From positions 64,001-128,000 of the forward strand of contig CBDCYI010000011.1 of assembly GCA_965224085.1 (NCBI GenBank): a DNA stretch of 64,000 nucleotides, written 5' to 3'. Below the pieces are notes generated by a model. That model saw only the letters and a program-made list of their open reading frames with translations, ran no database searches and was not told the origin of the DNA. Shown in pieces: positions 48,501-58,730 of this stretch. Each line of letters begins with the position of its first letter. Within the stretch, counting starts at the first letter, position 1. A program made the translations under genes and the position numbers. The DNA is from Candidatus Marinacidobacterales bacterium (lineage in GTDB: Bacteria > Acidobacteriota > Vicinamibacteria > Marinacidobacterales > SMYC01).

Positions 48501-50501
48501 CTAGGGCTTCAGGTGTCGGTTCAAGAAGGAGAGGATGCGCCGGTAGGAATCGAGCTGGTGGGCCGGGTCAGCCAGACCGTGCCCCTCGCCGGGATAGATC
48601 ACCACCTCGTGGGCCTTGTGCTGGCGCTCGAGCTCGTCGACCAGGTTGTAGGTCATCCCCGGGGCCACATCGAGGTCCCGATCGCTGTGGATGATGAGCA
48701 GCGGCGCCCGCAGATGCTCCACCCAGGCAACCGGCGAAACCCTTCTGTACAGCTCCGGATCCTCCTGCTCGGTGACCCCCGCCCCTATGTGGAATTCCAT
48801 CCACCCCCGGGGAAGAAGCTTGTGGTTGATGAAGGGGCTGCGGCGATCGGCAGGGCCCATCAGGTCTATGCCGGCGCGAAACAGGTCCGGCTCCTTGGTC
48901 AGCGCCAGCAGGCTGAGCCAGCCGCCTTGGCTCAGCCCCATGACGCCGACCCTCTCGGGATCGACGAAGGGCTGTGACTTGAGGAATGCCGCCATGGCCT
49001 TCACGTCCTGAAGCGTTTTCGTGCCCCACGCCCCGATGGACGTTTCCCGAAAGGCCCGCCCGTAGCCAGCGCTGCCCCGCTGGTCGCCCATCAATATCAC
49101 GTACCCGGACTGCACCAGGTAGTGAGCGAAGGGGTTCCAGTGGTCGTAAAACTGCCCGTAGCTGTTGGGGTGCAAGTTCAGGATCGCCGGCAAACGCTGG
49201 CCAGGCCGAAATCCCCCCGGCGTGAGCAGGAACCCCCCGAGCTCCATCCCATCGAAGGACCGTACGGACACCCGCCGCACCTCCGCGAAGTGCTCCTTCC
49301 GGAAGGCAGCGTTGGAGGAAAAGGTGAGCTGACGAGCCTGGGCCGCACCGGCTGCCTTCACGAAGAGATCCGGCGGTGACCAGGCGTTCTCGTAGGCGTA
49401 GACCACCGATCCATCCTTCTTCCACCCCACCTCGCGATACTGCCCACCCCCGGTGCCCACCGTCCAGACCTGACCGGTGGCCACGTCGATGACCACCAGG
49501 TCGAAGCTCCCGTGGCGGTTCACGGACAGGAGAATGCGCCGACCGTCGTGGTCCCACACGGGCTGGACCACAAAGTGGGGCGAGAACGAATCGTAGGGAC
49601 CGGTGTCGAATTCCCGCATTTCCTTTCCTTCGAGCGTCATGGTCCATACGTGAACGTAGCCGGAGCGATCCGAGAGGAAGGCCAGGCGCCGGCCGGCCGG
49701 CGACCAGCGGGGGCTGAGGTTGGTGGCCGCATCGACAGGGGTCAGGCGGGTCACCGGGCCGCCGGCCGAAGGAACGCTGAAGATGGCCGACGCATAGAGG
49801 TGGTCGTCCGGGTGGCGGCCGGAGAAGACGATGGTGCGGCCATCCGGAGACCACTGCGGGTCCTTCTTGTTAACGGCATCGTCGGTCAGTCGCACCAGGC
49901 CGTGGCGCTCACCAGCCGCTGAAACGACCCACAGGTCCGTCTTCCCGCCTCGGATCGAGACAAAGGCCAGCTTTTTTCCATCGGGAGACCACGCCGCGTC
50001 CCGGTCGTCCTCCAGATGCACGGTCACTCGCCTCGCCGCGCCCGTGGCCACCTCCACCACCCAGATGTCGCCGTCCCGCTCGAAGGCGATCCGGTCGCCG
50101 GACGGCGAGAAGCGGGGCTTGGTCTTGGCCACGCCGCCGGACGTCATCCGTCGGATCTCCCCTGTCTCCAGCCACACCACCCGAACGTTGTCGTCCTCGC
50201 CAAAGCGCGGGATCACCGGCCAGCCGAAGTAGTAGCCCACCAGCGTGTAGGCCACCTTCGTTCCGTCCGGGGAGATGGAGAACTGTCCCAGCGTCCGGAG
50301 TTGGGTGATCTGCTCCAAGGTGAACTTCGGAACATAGCGGTTGTGCTGTAGCTTCAGCCCACTCGCGGCGACGAACGCTGGGTCTGCGGGGTCAGGAGCG
50401 TAGAACAGAGCCTCCTGGTCCGGCAACGGCTTGGCCTGGTGGTTGCCGACGAACAGAAACGCAAGGGCGATGACGACGGTCGATACCCGTGGATATCGCA
50501 T
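48501..50501 (-). CDS. S9 (prolyl oligopeptidase family) peptidase with a PD40 beta-propeller
   Basis: WSPDG repeats; GLSQGG, D and EGH triad; signal peptide; GGAGG RBS. Confidence 0.9.
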   Translation of the reverse strand: MRYPRVSTVVIALAFLFVGNHQAKPLPDQEALFYAPDPADPAFVAASGLKLQHNRYVPKFTLEQITQLRTLGQFSISPDGTKVAYTLVGYYFGWPVIPRFGEDDNVRVVWLETGEIRRMTSGGVAKTKPRFSPSGDRIAFERDGDIWVVEVATGAARRVTVHLEDDRDAAWSPDGKKLAFVSIRGGKTDLWVVSAAGERHGLVRLTDDAVNKKDPQWSPDGRTIVFSGRHPDDHLYASAIFSVPSAGGPVTRLTPVDAATNLSPRWSPAGRRLAFLSDRSGYVHVWTMTLEGKEMREFDTGPYDSFSPHFVVQPVWDHDGRRILLSVNRHGSFDLVVIDVATGQVWTVGTGGGQYREVGWKKDGSVVYAYENAWSPPDLFVKAAGAAQARQLTFSSNAAFRKEHFAEVRRVSVRSFDGMELGGFLLTPGGFRPGQRLPAILNLHPNSYGQFYDHWNPFAHYLVQSGYVILMGDQRGSAGYGRAFRETSIGAWGTKTLQDVKAMAAFLKSQPFVDPERVGVMGLSQGGWLSLLALTKEPDLFRAGIDLMGPADRRSPFINHKLLPRGWMEFHIGAGVTEQEDPELYRRVSPVAWVEHLRAPLLIIHSDRDLDVAPGMTYNLVDELERQHKAHEVVIYPGEGHGLADPAHQLDSYRRILSFLNRHLKP

Positions 50502-50597
50502 CGGACCTCCAATCCTTGTAGCTCTTCCTCGAACGGATCTGCCTGCCACTCAGATCTTCCACACGGGCTGGCGGCGACGCACCATCGGATCCAGCAC

Positions 50598-52289
50598 TTA
50601 CGGAAACGGAAGCGTCAGCATGAGGGCGTAGAGCTCGATGCCTTCCCATACGTTCCCGATGCGCACGTTTTCATTTGGCGAGTGCTGGTTGTTGTCGTGG
50701 TTGACGGTGGGCATGACGATGATCGGCACCCCCACGACGTCGGGGAAAACGTACAGGGAGTTACTGCCGCCCTCCGTGGGGAAGGCCACCGGCTCCAGAC
50801 CGAAGGCGGCCCGCAGCCGATGGCGCACGGCTTGACCGATGGGCAAGTCCATGGGGGTGCGGACTCCGGGGTATCCCTCCTCCTTCGAGGTCACCCTGGC
50901 GATACGCGGGTAGCGGGCCCGCACCTCGGCGTCGGGCTCTTCGCTGACCACGTGGTAGCCCTGGCGCCGGATGTGCTCGATCAGCCGCTGGAACTGAGGC
51001 TGAGCTTGGATGTTCGGCACAAGCCGCAAGTCGAGCTCGGCAATGGCCCGGTCCGGAATCACGCTGCGGGCCTGCTCGTTCACCCAGGCGCTAGCCAGTC
51101 CCGTGACGTTCAGGCCCGGGTAGGTAACGGCCTCGAGGCGGCGCTCCCAGGGCCCCTCCGGGGCGGCGAAACCCAGCCCCGCCGGCGAGTCGGCCGCGTC
51201 ATCGGGGATGGTGTCCAAGGCGGCCAGCTCGGTCTCCGAAAGTGGTACGTGGTCTTCGGACCAGCCTTCGATCAGCACTTTGCCGGTCTCGGGATCCTTC
51301 ATGCTGGCTAACAAGTGAGCCAGACGCATGGCCGGGTTCGGGGCCCAGCCGCCGTAGTGGCCGCTGTGCAGAGGTCGCTTCGGGCCGTACACCGTGATTT
51401 GGACCTTCCTGATCCCCCGCATCCCGAAGCTGAGGGTGGGTCGCCCCGAGGGATGCTTGGGGCCGTCGCCGATGACGGCCAGGTCGGCGGCCCAGCGCTG
51501 GCGGTACTGGTACGCCGCAACCTCCATGTAAGGCGAGCCGATTTCCTCGTCGCCCTGAAAGAGGAACTTGAGGTTGGCCTGGGACTCCAAGCCGGCAGCC
51601 TCAAGGGCGTCGAGGGCGGCCAGGATCATGATGATCGGCGAACGATCGTCGGCAGCCGCACGGGCGTAGACCCGCCAGTCCGGATCAACGCCGCTTTCCG
51701 GCAGGGACACGATCGCCGCACCGTCCGCCAACCTACCGTTCCGTACCACCGGGTCCCAGGGGTCGTGGCCCACCCACAGGGAGACGTCCACCGGCTGGCC
51801 GTCGTAGTGGCAGTAGAAGAGCAGGGTGCGACGGGCCCCGGCGACGCGACGCCGGCCGAAGACGTAGGGGGCGCCGCCGGTCTCCAGTAACTCGGCCTCG
51901 ATGCCCCGCCTCTCCAGGGCGGCGACAAGCCACTCGGCATTGCGCCGAATACCCTCGGGGTCGGAGAAAACGTTGGGGATGGCAAGAAACTCCATCAGCT
52001 CCCCGAGGATCCTGACTTCGCTGGCCTGCCAATACCTGCGAGCCGCGGCCACCACGGCGGCGGCGGGGCTTGAATCCTGGACCGCGGGCCCTTCCGCCTC
52101 CACCAACCGGACCACCGGACCGGCTCCCAGGAACCGAACCGGCCCGGCGGTGGTGTAGGAGGCAAGAGAAGAAGAAGCGAAGGCGGTCAGGACGGAGCTT
52201 GCAGCAGCTCCACCGACCACCATCAGCCCGGCCAGAGCAATCACGAATGGCGCTAGGCCCCCTCGGCGAAAACAAGCTCTGACGTTCAT
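50598..52289 (-). CDS. M20/M25/M40 metallopeptidase
   Basis: YCHYDGQP, ARAAADD, DEEIGSP, LHSGHYG, NQHSPNEN. Confidence 0.9.
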   Translation of the reverse strand: MNVRACFRRGGLAPFVIALAGLMVVGGAAASSVLTAFASSSLASYTTAGPVRFLGAGPVVRLVEAEGPAVQDSSPAAAVVAAARRYWQASEVRILGELMEFLAIPNVFSDPEGIRRNAEWLVAALERRGIEAELLETGGAPYVFGRRRVAGARRTLLFYCHYDGQPVDVSLWVGHDPWDPVVRNGRLADGAAIVSLPESGVDPDWRVYARAAADDRSPIIMILAALDALEAAGLESQANLKFLFQGDEEIGSPYMEVAAYQYRQRWAADLAVIGDGPKHPSGRPTLSFGMRGIRKVQITVYGPKRPLHSGHYGGWAPNPAMRLAHLLASMKDPETGKVLIEGWSEDHVPLSETELAALDTIPDDAADSPAGLGFAAPEGPWERRLEAVTYPGLNVTGLASAWVNEQARSVIPDRAIAELDLRLVPNIQAQPQFQRLIEHIRRQGYHVVSEEPDAEVRARYPRIARVTSKEEGYPGVRTPMDLPIGQAVRHRLRAAFGLEPVAFPTEGGSNSLYVFPDVVGVPIIVMPTVNHDNNQHSPNENVRIGNVWEGIELYALMLTLPFP

Positions 52290-52575
52290 CGTGACCTTCC
52301 CCACTGAAGGGCAATCGACTCGCGGGCAGCCCGACAGGAGAGACTCAACGGTAGAGTCGCAGCGACGCAAGGTCGCAAGTCAGTGCTCCAGTGCTTCATA
52401 AACACTCTCGATCAAGCCGAGCCCCACGAGGGTGGGGTGTACCTTCGTCGCGCCATCCACAACCATGCTGCTTATTTCGTTCTGGGTCACGACCCATCTC
52501 TCTGCGCCTTTGCGTTGGTTCCACGGACCTTTCTGCGCTGTTCTTGAATGCATCACCGCAATTTACGGCTCGGAG

Positions 52576-53511
52576 TTAACTTTCGCTCAGCAACGCCAGG
52601 CAGCGGAGCTCGTCGAGGAAACGCCCGTCGAGGACCGGGTGAAAAAGCCGGATCCGAGCCGGATCGACGCGGTTCCTCACAAGGGGCAGAGCGGTAAGGT
52701 GAGTCCAGACCTGATCCGTACGTCGAATCTCGTTCACATTCTGAAGCCACGTTGCCGCTGGCGCCACCGTGTAACGGTCGGTGGGCACTTCTGGATAGGC
52801 GTTGGCGAGGAAGACCTTCGTACACTCGGCGTTGTCGGCGTCCCGAGTGAGAAAATGCCGGTGCTGGTCCGCCGGGATGCTCATCGCTTTGTCCAAGAGC
52901 TTCTCGTTGAAATGCATGTAGAGCAGGGAACAGTCGAGGGCTTCGGCGATCTTCTCCGCCTTCGATCTCATGTAGTAGCTGGTGAGAACATAGTGTGCCT
53001 TTTGCGGTATCCTTAGACCGCTACCGTCAGGCGGCAAGTGGCAGATTCTGGCTGGGAACCCCTCGGTAAGGCTGGCCCGCACGCATTCGTAGAAGTCACG
53101 CGTCGCCACCACTGGAAAAAGAGGGCATTGACGGCCGATACTGGGCTCGCCGAGGTCACCGAGGAGCTTCAGCAATCGGGCTCGATCGAGGCCCAGCCGC
53201 TCGGCACGCTCCACGGTCTGCTTGAGGAACTCGCTCACGGCGTGCACGGATTCCTGCATCTCTACCGAATCGATATCGTGGGCGACGAAGATGCCGCTTC
53301 GCGGGCGTACGTCGGCGAGCATGGAATCACAGAGAGCTTCGTGAATCCGCTCTGAGGTACTACGTGAGATACCGAGCTCGCGGGCGAGCCTTCGCACCGA
53401 AGGGAGGCGATCCCCGGGGTGAAGCCGACCGGCGACCAGCTGAGCTGCCGCCTGCCGCACTACTTGAAGAGCATACGACGCTGTGCTCTCGCGGTTGAGC
53501 AAGAATCCCAT
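52576..53511 (-). CDS. GntR-family transcriptional regulator with a long C-terminal domain
   Basis: L.PGDRLPSVRRLARELGISRST..RSGIFV winged HTH. Confidence 0.85.
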   Translation of the reverse strand: MGFLLNRESTASYALQVVRQAAAQLVAGRLHPGDRLPSVRRLARELGISRSTSERIHEALCDSMLADVRPRSGIFVAHDIDSVEMQESVHAVSEFLKQTVERAERLGLDRARLLKLLGDLGEPSIGRQCPLFPVVATRDFYECVRASLTEGFPARICHLPPDGSGLRIPQKAHYVLTSYYMRSKAEKIAEALDCSLLYMHFNEKLLDKAMSIPADQHRHFLTRDADNAECTKVFLANAYPEVPTDRYTVAPAATWLQNVNEIRRTDQVWTHLTALPLVRNRVDPARIRLFHPVLDGRFLDELRCLALLSES

Positions 53512-53730
53512 TGCCCCCTCCGGCCGATGCTGTCGAACCGGCTCGATGCCAACTACTTATAGCACATCGGCATGGGAACTCCACGGCAGTTCGTTCAGGG
53601 TCTCGAACGTAGGGTGACGACGTAGTCAATATCTGGATATTTCGAGGAGAAGCAACGAAGTCAGCGCGCAAAAGGGCCCGAGATTTATGTGACGAACTAC
53701 TGATACAGCGCACTAGCCTCTAACTTATAA

Positions 53731-55437
53731 CTAGAGCTCCCTCGCATGCACGGTCTCGTAGCGCGTGGTGGGCGCGTACACTTCGCGGGAGATGACCACA
53801 TCGACGACCGCCGGCTTTCCCGACGCCTCGGCCCGGCGCAGAGCGGGCTCGAGCGCGTCAGGCTCGATGACCCGCTCCCCGTGTGCACCGAAGGCCCGCG
53901 CCACCGCGGCGAAGTCGATATCGAGGAAATCGCTCGCTTCGGGGCAGAGCTCTTTGTGAATGTACTTCTGGACGTGATACTCGAAAGCGAGCGAGGCGTT
54001 GTTCATGACGACGGTGACGACAGGAAGCTTCCACCGGAGCGCGGTCTCCAGATCGGCGAGGTGATAGCCGAGCCCTCCGTCACCGATAAGGCAGACGACG
54101 CGCCGTTTATCCCCCACCGCGAGCTTCGCACCCAAGGCGCCCGGGAACGCCCAACCGAGTGAGCCCGCCGCGCGCAGACTGGATCGCCCGGGCACTTTCT
54201 GGTCGATCAGAGTCGACGCCCAGGACGCCATGTACCCGGTGTCGGCCACGACGATATCGTCACCCTCAACGTGCGCATCGAGCGTTTGCATAACGAATCT
54301 CGGATCGAGACGTCCGTCTTGCAAGGTGTTTCCGGCAAGCTCGCGAAACGTGGCTCGCCACTCGGCGACCTTACCGCGAACCTCCTCCGTCCACGCCTGC
54401 CACCGGAGCGGCCTTCCGGAGAAAGGTCCATCCTCGACCGCTTCCAGAAGCATTCTCAGGGCCGTTCTCGCGTCGCCCACCATCGAGATCTCTTCCCGGT
54501 AGTTGCAGCCCAGCGTCATCGCATCGAGATCAACGTGGATAATCCGGCTCTCCGGCCGCGGATACTTGAAGCCGTCCGTTGCCAGAGAGCCCAGTCGCGA
54601 GCCGATGACCAGACAGATATCGCACATCCCGAGAACGTCGTTGGCCACTTTCCGCGAGTAGCGCCCGGCGACGCCAACGGCGAGCGGATGGGTGTCGGCA
54701 ATCGAGCCCTTGCCAGCGAGAGAGGTGACGACGGGCAGCGAAAGTTTCTCGGCGAAGCATGTGAGCTCCTCCCACGCTTTCGAGAGCAGGATTCCGCCGC
54801 CGGCGAAGAGCACCGGGCGCTCCGCCTCGGCCAGCAGCGTGAGCGCCGCTTCAATCTCGGAGGCACCGGGGGACACTCGCCGGGCCGGAACCTCGAGAAG
54901 AGACTCGTCGCATGCAATGCGCCGCGGCTCGCCCAGCGACACATCGAAAAAGTCGTACGGGATACCGAGATACACCGGGCCGGGAACACCGCTCACGGCG
55001 GCCCGAACGGCGGTCGACAGAAGATCGACGATGCGGTCGGGAGCGGGAAGCTCACCGCTCCACTTGGTGAAGGGCGCGAACATCGGCAACTGATCGACTT
55101 CCTGATAATCGAGTCGATGCCTCATTCGCGTGCTCGCCGATGCGCTGATGGCGATGAGCGGGCTATTGGCCCAGAAGGCGTCGATGAGCGACGGAGGTAG
55201 ATAGGTCGCCCCCGGCCCGAACTGTACGACTCCAAAGGTGGGCTTGCCGGTCAGCCGCGCGTAGGCGTCGGCCATGCAGAAAGCCGAGCGCTCACTTCGA
55301 GCGAGAACGACCCGGATTCCTTCCCGATTTTGCATTTGGATTAACGGATCCTGCGGTGCGCCGGTCAGTGTAAAGACGTACTCCGCCCCGTAGGCCTTCA
55401 TGCCCCGCGCCAGCGCTTGTGCCACCGTCATGTGCAT
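53731..55437 (-). CDS. Thiamine-pyrophosphate-dependent enzyme (acetolactate synthase superfamily)
   Basis: RSERSA..MADAYAR, GPG, PGPVYL, GDGG..NN. Confidence 0.9.
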   Translation of the reverse strand: MHMTVAQALARGMKAYGAEYVFTLTGAPQDPLIQMQNREGIRVVLARSERSAFCMADAYARLTGKPTFGVVQFGPGATYLPPSLIDAFWANSPLIAISASASTRMRHRLDYQEVDQLPMFAPFTKWSGELPAPDRIVDLLSTAVRAAVSGVPGPVYLGIPYDFFDVSLGEPRRIACDESLLEVPARRVSPGASEIEAALTLLAEAERPVLFAGGGILLSKAWEELTCFAEKLSLPVVTSLAGKGSIADTHPLAVGVAGRYSRKVANDVLGMCDICLVIGSRLGSLATDGFKYPRPESRIIHVDLDAMTLGCNYREEISMVGDARTALRMLLEAVEDGPFSGRPLRWQAWTEEVRGKVAEWRATFRELAGNTLQDGRLDPRFVMQTLDAHVEGDDIVVADTGYMASWASTLIDQKVPGRSSLRAAGSLGWAFPGALGAKLAVGDKRRVVCLIGDGGLGYHLADLETALRWKLPVVTVVMNNASLAFEYHVQKYIHKELCPEASDFLDIDFAAVARAFGAHGERVIEPDALEPALRRAEASGKPAVVDVVISREVYAPTTRYETVHAREL

Positions 55438-55440
55438 GTT

Positions 55441-56727
55441 CTACTCCTTGATCGTCGCCGCGCCGGACCAATGGAAACGATCGGGAGCGAACGGCGTGAT
55501 GTCGACAGAAGTTGGACGCCTGGAAGCCAGCTCGGCAACGAGCTTTGCGGTAATGGCGGCCAGCGCCAGTCCCACGTGTCCGTGTCCGAAAGCGAAATAG
55601 ACGTTGCAGTAGCGGGGCGAACGGCCGACGACTGGGAGGGAATCCGGCGTCGCCGGGCGATGGCCCATCCAGTAGGTCGCTCCTTCGATGGACAGGCCGG
55701 GAACGAGACTCTCGGCGACCGACACGAGCCTGTCTGCACAGGAATAGTCGGCTGGTTTCGTAACCCCCGCGAGCTCTCGAACACCTGCGATCCGCAGGCC
55801 GGCTTCCATCGGGGTCAGGACCACCCCACGTCCTCCCGCCTTGATCGGTATTCGCACCGACACGCCGGGTCTTGGCAACATGGTGTGGTAGCCGCGCTCG
55901 GATTCGAGGGGCACCTTCGTTCCGAGCTCGGCCGCCAAGGGGCGCGACCAGGCGCCGGCAGCGATGACCAACGTTTCCACATCCATACCGCCGCTCTCGG
56001 TCACGAGCCGACAGGGACCATTGCTGCCAAGCTCGAAAGCCTTCACCGTTGCTCGCACCAGACGCCCTCCAGTGCGTCGGAAATGCCCTACTAGAGTTTG
56101 GACCAGGCGAAAGGGATCGATGCAGTGTGCCACCTGAGGAAAGTAAGCAGCGTTCGTCACACCTGGCGCGAGCGCCGGCTCGAGCTCGCGAGCCTGCTCA
56201 CCGGTGAGCTCTCGAACCTCCGCGCCGTTGCGCCTCTGGATGTCTCGTTCCAAGTCATCTCGCTCGAACGCCTGGCGGCTTTCGTACACGTGGAGCTTGC
56301 CCGAGCGCTGGACCATCGCTTCGGCACCCGCGTCCTCTAGAAGCGGTGCGTAGGCATCAAAGAGAGATCGCTGCAGCGAGCGCAGAGATCGGGCGATCGC
56401 CTCCGCGCGGCGGCGACGACTGCTCACAAGGAAACGGAGCAGCCACGGAGCCGCCTTGGGGAGATGGTGCAGCCGCACCGACAGCGAGGAACAAGAGGAA
56501 AGGAGCGTGCGGGGCAATCGGCGTGCGGCTCCCGGCAGGGCGAGCGGCACGCACGAAGCAGCGCCGAAGATTCCCGCGTTTCCCTTCGAGCAGCCTTCTC
56601 CGGGAGCCTCCCGATCGACGACGGTGACGGCGAAGCCTTCTCGCTGTAGATAGAGAGCGCAGCAAACGCCTACAATCCCGGCCCCGATGACGGTGACCTC
56701 GCGGGAAGCGTCCCCCTGTGGAACCAC
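55441..56727 (-). CDS. FAD-dependent D-amino acid dehydrogenase-like oxidoreductase (start uncertain)
   Basis: IGAGIVG, SKGNAG, AAGAWS, ERGYH, WMGHRPATPDSLPVVG, FGHGHVG. Confidence 0.88.
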   Translation of the reverse strand: MVPQGDASREVTVIGAGIVGVCCALYLQREGFAVTVVDREAPGEGCSKGNAGIFGAASCVPLALPGAARRLPRTLLSSCSSLSVRLHHLPKAAPWLLRFLVSSRRRRAEAIARSLRSLQRSLFDAYAPLLEDAGAEAMVQRSGKLHVYESRQAFERDDLERDIQRRNGAEVRELTGEQARELEPALAPGVTNAAYFPQVAHCIDPFRLVQTLVGHFRRTGGRLVRATVKAFELGSNGPCRLVTESGGMDVETLVIAAGAWSRPLAAELGTKVPLESERGYHTMLPRPGVSVRIPIKAGGRGVVLTPMEAGLRIAGVRELAGVTKPADYSCADRLVSVAESLVPGLSIEGATYWMGHRPATPDSLPVVGRSPRYCNVYFAFGHGHVGLALAAITAKLVAELASRRPTSVDITPFAPDRFHWSGAATIKE

Positions 56728-56939
56728 GGCGTTTCTCAATTCTCCTGCAACCGATGCATCATACGCAATTCGGTTGTCTTTGGCCCGCGTGAGCTCGAAA
56801 AGCCACGCCGCTCTCAAAGAAGGTGGTATAACACGTCCGGAATGCTTTGGAGTGCTTCGGGTCGACGCCGGGAATGACGCCTGATAGCGGGCTCGTTCGT
56901 TGCGCCGCCGGCCGGTGCGTCCAATGGCTGGAGGTGCCC

Positions 56940-58697
56940 ATGATTCGCCGACTCCTCATCGCGTTTCTGCCTTTCGCCCTGGCCACTCTGGCTGTGGGCG
57001 CTGCCGCGCAAGGGCAAGAGCCGTCCCACCCTCCCGAGTTCGTGGCCCTTGCCACCGAGCTCCGCCAATGGCAACGCGATCAGCCTGCCGGGGTGCCCGA
57101 CTTCGCCGAGCAGGCGGAGAAACGAAAACGAGAGCTTCCCGAGTTTCGCCAACGTCTTCACCGCTTGAATCCTCGAAACTGGCCCGTGCACGCCCAGGTG
57201 GACTACTTGATGCTTCAGGCGGAGCTGGACGCTCTCGACTTCCGGCTGAATGTGATCCGAGAGACTTCGAAGAACCCGGATTTCTACCTGAGCCAGGCGG
57301 TGAGCAGGGTGACGAGGCACATCGGCGGCCGGTTCCAGAGGGCACCGGGAGTCACCGTGCCCTACGACGCCGACCGAGCAGCCGCTATCGTTCAGGCTTT
57401 AACGGAGATCGAAGCGATCGTTTCTCAGGCGCCCCGGGCGCTCGGCGGGGCGGTTCCCGAGCTGGCCGATGTGGCGATCGAGAGAACGAACGGCGTTCGC
57501 GAGAACTGCGCCGAACTTGCCCGGGTGGTCGGCCAACACCTGCCCGAGCCCTACGCCTCGCAAATCGGCCCCGCTGCGAAGCGGGCGGCCGAGGCCCTCT
57601 TTCAGTATCGCGAGTGGCTTCGGGAGAACCGTTCGAGGATGACGGGAAGCTACGTCGTCGGCCGGCCGGCCTTCGAGTGGTACGTACAACGGGTGATGAT
57701 GTTTCCCTACGACAGCGACCAGCTGCTGATGCAGGCGGAAATGGAGCGGAGCCGTAACTGGGCTTTCCTGCAGTTCGAAAGGCAGAAGAACCGTCACTTG
57801 CCTCATCCGGGCAAGATGTTCACCGTCGCTCCACTGAGACCGGCGGCGACGAATCAGGAGTACTCGGAGTGGAAGGATGCCACAGACGTCGGGAGTCGCC
57901 TCTGGGCGGAGAAGCAGGACCTCTTCACTCACCCGGACGAGCTGGGGCCCATGCGGCACGGGCAAGGCGGAATCTGGATCGAGCCATTCGGCCTCATGGC
58001 CTTTCCCGAGAAGCCGCTTCCTCCGGGCTCCTATGCCCAGTTCGTCGTGGAGCCCGATCACTGGTGGGCCCACTCGTACTGGATAATGGGACACCGCCGC
58101 GACCCGGGGGACAATCATCTTCACAACGAGTATCCCGGCCACCGGTTCGAGACCACCGTGAGCCAGAAGAACACCTGCTCCCTGCGCCGCGGACACCGCA
58201 CCCGCGGGGACTCCTGGTGTTTCTACGTCGAGGAGATGCAGCTCCAGCTCGACTATCCCTTCGTTCGGGGAGCCAGGGCACGGGAGCTCATGTACGGTCT
58301 CGCCATCATGCGCGCCGAGCGGGTTCACGTAGCGGTGAACATGGCCCGCGGATCCATGGCCCCCGAGCAGGTGGAGGAGTACATGATGGCGTCGGTGCCG
58401 TGGATGGAGCCTTACGTGGCCAAGAAGCACGAAGTGTGGCGCAAGCTCGTTCGGCCGGCCGGCGTGCTCTACTACCAGGTGGGAAAGTACGAGATCTACA
58501 AGCTTCTGAGAGATCGAATGAGACAGCTCGGTGACGATTTCGACGTCAGGGCTTTCCACGACGCACTTCTGGCAACCGGACAGATTCCCGTCTCTCTGGC
58601 TCGCCTGGATATGACGGGCACGAACGAGGAGATCGACTACCTGTGGGACTGGAAGCCGATCCCCGAGCTGCCGGAGCGGCGATCGGCAGGAAGGTGA
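56940..58697 (+). CDS. DUF885-family secreted protein
   Basis: Signal peptide; NEYPGH, W.FY.E, YQVGK..I..LR, FDVRAFHDALL..G..P. Confidence 0.8.
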   Translation: MIRRLLIAFLPFALATLAVGAAAQGQEPSHPPEFVALATELRQWQRDQPAGVPDFAEQAEKRKRELPEFRQRLHRLNPRNWPVHAQVDYLMLQAELDALDFRLNVIRETSKNPDFYLSQAVSRVTRHIGGRFQRAPGVTVPYDADRAAAIVQALTEIEAIVSQAPRALGGAVPELADVAIERTNGVRENCAELARVVGQHLPEPYASQIGPAAKRAAEALFQYREWLRENRSRMTGSYVVGRPAFEWYVQRVMMFPYDSDQLLMQAEMERSRNWAFLQFERQKNRHLPHPGKMFTVAPLRPAATNQEYSEWKDATDVGSRLWAEKQDLFTHPDELGPMRHGQGGIWIEPFGLMAFPEKPLPPGSYAQFVVEPDHWWAHSYWIMGHRRDPGDNHLHNEYPGHRFETTVSQKNTCSLRRGHRTRGDSWCFYVEEMQLQLDYPFVRGARARELMYGLAIMRAERVHVAVNMARGSMAPEQVEEYMMASVPWMEPYVAKKHEVWRKLVRPAGVLYYQVGKYEIYKLLRDRMRQLGDDFDVRAFHDALLATGQIPVSLARLDMTGTNEEIDYLWDWKPIPELPERRSAGR

Positions 58698-58730
58698 GAA
58701 GCGTGCGTGGTCGTCAGCTAGGCAGGCTAG

